This document shows, piece after piece, positions 62,441-64,000 of a stretch of DNA of 64,000 nt. Where the stretch lies: positions 2,480,001 to 2,544,000 of the forward strand of contig CM039006.1 of NCBI GenBank assembly GCA_017499595.2, in the 5' to 3' direction. The stretch is from Psilocybe cubensis. Its lineage: Eukaryota. The position numbers and the translations under genes are program-made. Positions within the stretch are counted from its first letter, which is position 1. Every line of letters begins with the position of its first letter. The notes under the pieces were generated by a model. It was not told the origin of the DNA. It searched no databases and saw nothing but the letters and a program-made list of their open reading frames with translations.

Positions 62441-64000
62441 TCAATGGGCGAAGCGGAAGTCCAGGCGCTTGTTGCCCTCATCCTTGGTCGTGGAGAGATA
62501 TTCACTCTTTTGCTGAAAAAAACAGGAAAAACAATAAGTTATAAGGTTAAATGCAATAATAACAACCAACCTCGTTAGTCATGGCATCCCACACCTTTGC
62601 TCTTTTGGCGTTCCGCCATTTGTAGTATAGTTTGGTGCCGGGGTAAAGAATGATGCAGTTGAAAGCGGCAACACCAATAAGCCAGCTTGTGCCCCGGTGG
62701 TCTTTTTACATCAAGTAGAGCAACCTTGAGAAAAAAAGCTTCTCCGAGTATGAAGAAAATGGACTGACAGTGGGGTGCATCATCCGCGCGATAGATATTT
62801 GAAGAAACTACAACGCCAGCTTGTGCGAACCTAAGAACCACAGACCCATCAATATTTTTTCTTGTAGAATACAAAAAAATACGAACATGTTATAAATGGA
62901 TGCATTCACTGTGCGTGATGCTACACCTCCGGCGTTGCGGGAGCACCACCCAACTTGAATTGGGTGCGTGTACGGGAAGGACAGCAAACCAGTCGTAATA
63001 CCCTAGTCATTATTTTGCCTAGTAAGTTTACCGGAGCAATTTCAAGCATACGATAATGACTCACGTAGAACAACCATGGACTTGAAGTCGTTGGAATCGT
63101 ACGCAGCGCGATGAGGAAAGGGAAGGCCCACAGCGCTTCGGCCATTGCAACGAGCGCGCGGTCGTTGACGACTTCGGAGACCATGGTGATGGAAAGCATG
63201 GCAAGGATGTTTCCGAATTGGGATGGTATAGTGAGCAGATTAGTATCCAGTGTGGAGAAGCCGAGGTTGCGTAGGGAGAGCGTCAAGTAACTGCTTGGTG
63301 GGGTGACAGGAATGCCAAACATGAGGCCGCTGTAATGAATGTGTCTTGTGAGTGTGGTACGCCACGGATAAGAGAAAGTAACAAACATGGCATAGAGTGG
63401 CCAAAGATCGTAATCGCAAACGGCCTTCCACAGTTTCTTTAACGAGAGTGCTTCTCTGTTGTGCATATCTCCCTAGAAACAAAACGACGTTCGTCCCTTG
63501 TCATAATTTCGAAGAAAAATTCAGATGTACCTTGGACGGATCATCTCTGAGGATGCGCGTGGTGGCGATAATTTCTTCGCGCTCGTTAAACCAGCCGTTG
63601 GGTCGATACCATGCCTTGGTTTGCGTTTGTGACGGGACCATCATGAAGAATGTCGCGATACCGATCGCAAGAGTTAGCAAACCTCTGCCAAGATGATGAG
63701 CATGACGTTCAAAGAATGTGATTTAATAAAGAATAGAACATACTCAATCAGGAAAAGCCATCTGAAGCCGATACAATGCACTTGGTCAGTTGCGTAGGTA
63801 GCATAGAGAATGAGAATTCTGTACCTCCATCCTGCCAAACCGAGTGTACCACGCATCCGAAGGACACCAACTGCGAGGAAGCTCCCAAAGATGCTGCACA
63901 AGTTCATGGATACCCAGAAGATAGCAAGTCGGAACGGGAGTTCATATTTAGTGTAGAAATCTAAATGAAATAGAAGTGTCAATTTCGATCAAAACAATGC
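62441..64000 (-). CDS. MFS transporter, allantoate permease-like, paralog 2 (5' part outside the window)
   Basis: Same motifs and intron positions as 58145-60597 ([40 protein letters not shown]). Confidence 0.92.

Noticed and set aside
1-64000. CRISPR arrays, tRNA or rRNA genes
   Set aside because: None recognised by eye in this eukaryotic sequence; an intron-containing tRNA could be missed without tRNAscan-SE.

Overview
Intron-rich fungal DNA; the gene families (DUF6533-type membrane protein, class I hydrophobin, trichodiene-synthase-like cyclase, CYP64-type P450s) point to an agaricoid basidiomycete (inference). About 22 protein-coding genes can be reconstructed by eye. They include two MYND-finger paralogs, a stand-alone CBS-domain protein, a 7TM protein, a PL4 rhamnogalacturonan lyase, two inverted P450 paralogs bracketing MLH1 and ECO1, a sesquiterpene synthase, an S1/P1 nuclease, RPN1, a hydrophobin, a zf-PARP protein and two tandem MFS permeases. 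Mobile DNA comprises a decayed ~5.2 kb tyrosine-recombinase (Ngaro-like) retrotransposon and five CAC...GTG-ended foldback MITEs of three families, most with 3-bp TSDs and one nested into another's terminus. The most intriguing signal is the retroelement's ends. I found no split direct repeats or ITRs; instead the 5' leader and 3' trailer carry three colinear, perfectly complementary blocks and twin GAGCACAAACAG-containing hairpins, suggesting an end-pairing RNA or ssDNA architecture. Second is a terpene synthase + two P450 set split by housekeeping genes, in which all three genes have a GC-AG first intron. Exon boundaries and pairings were read manually and need computational confirmation.
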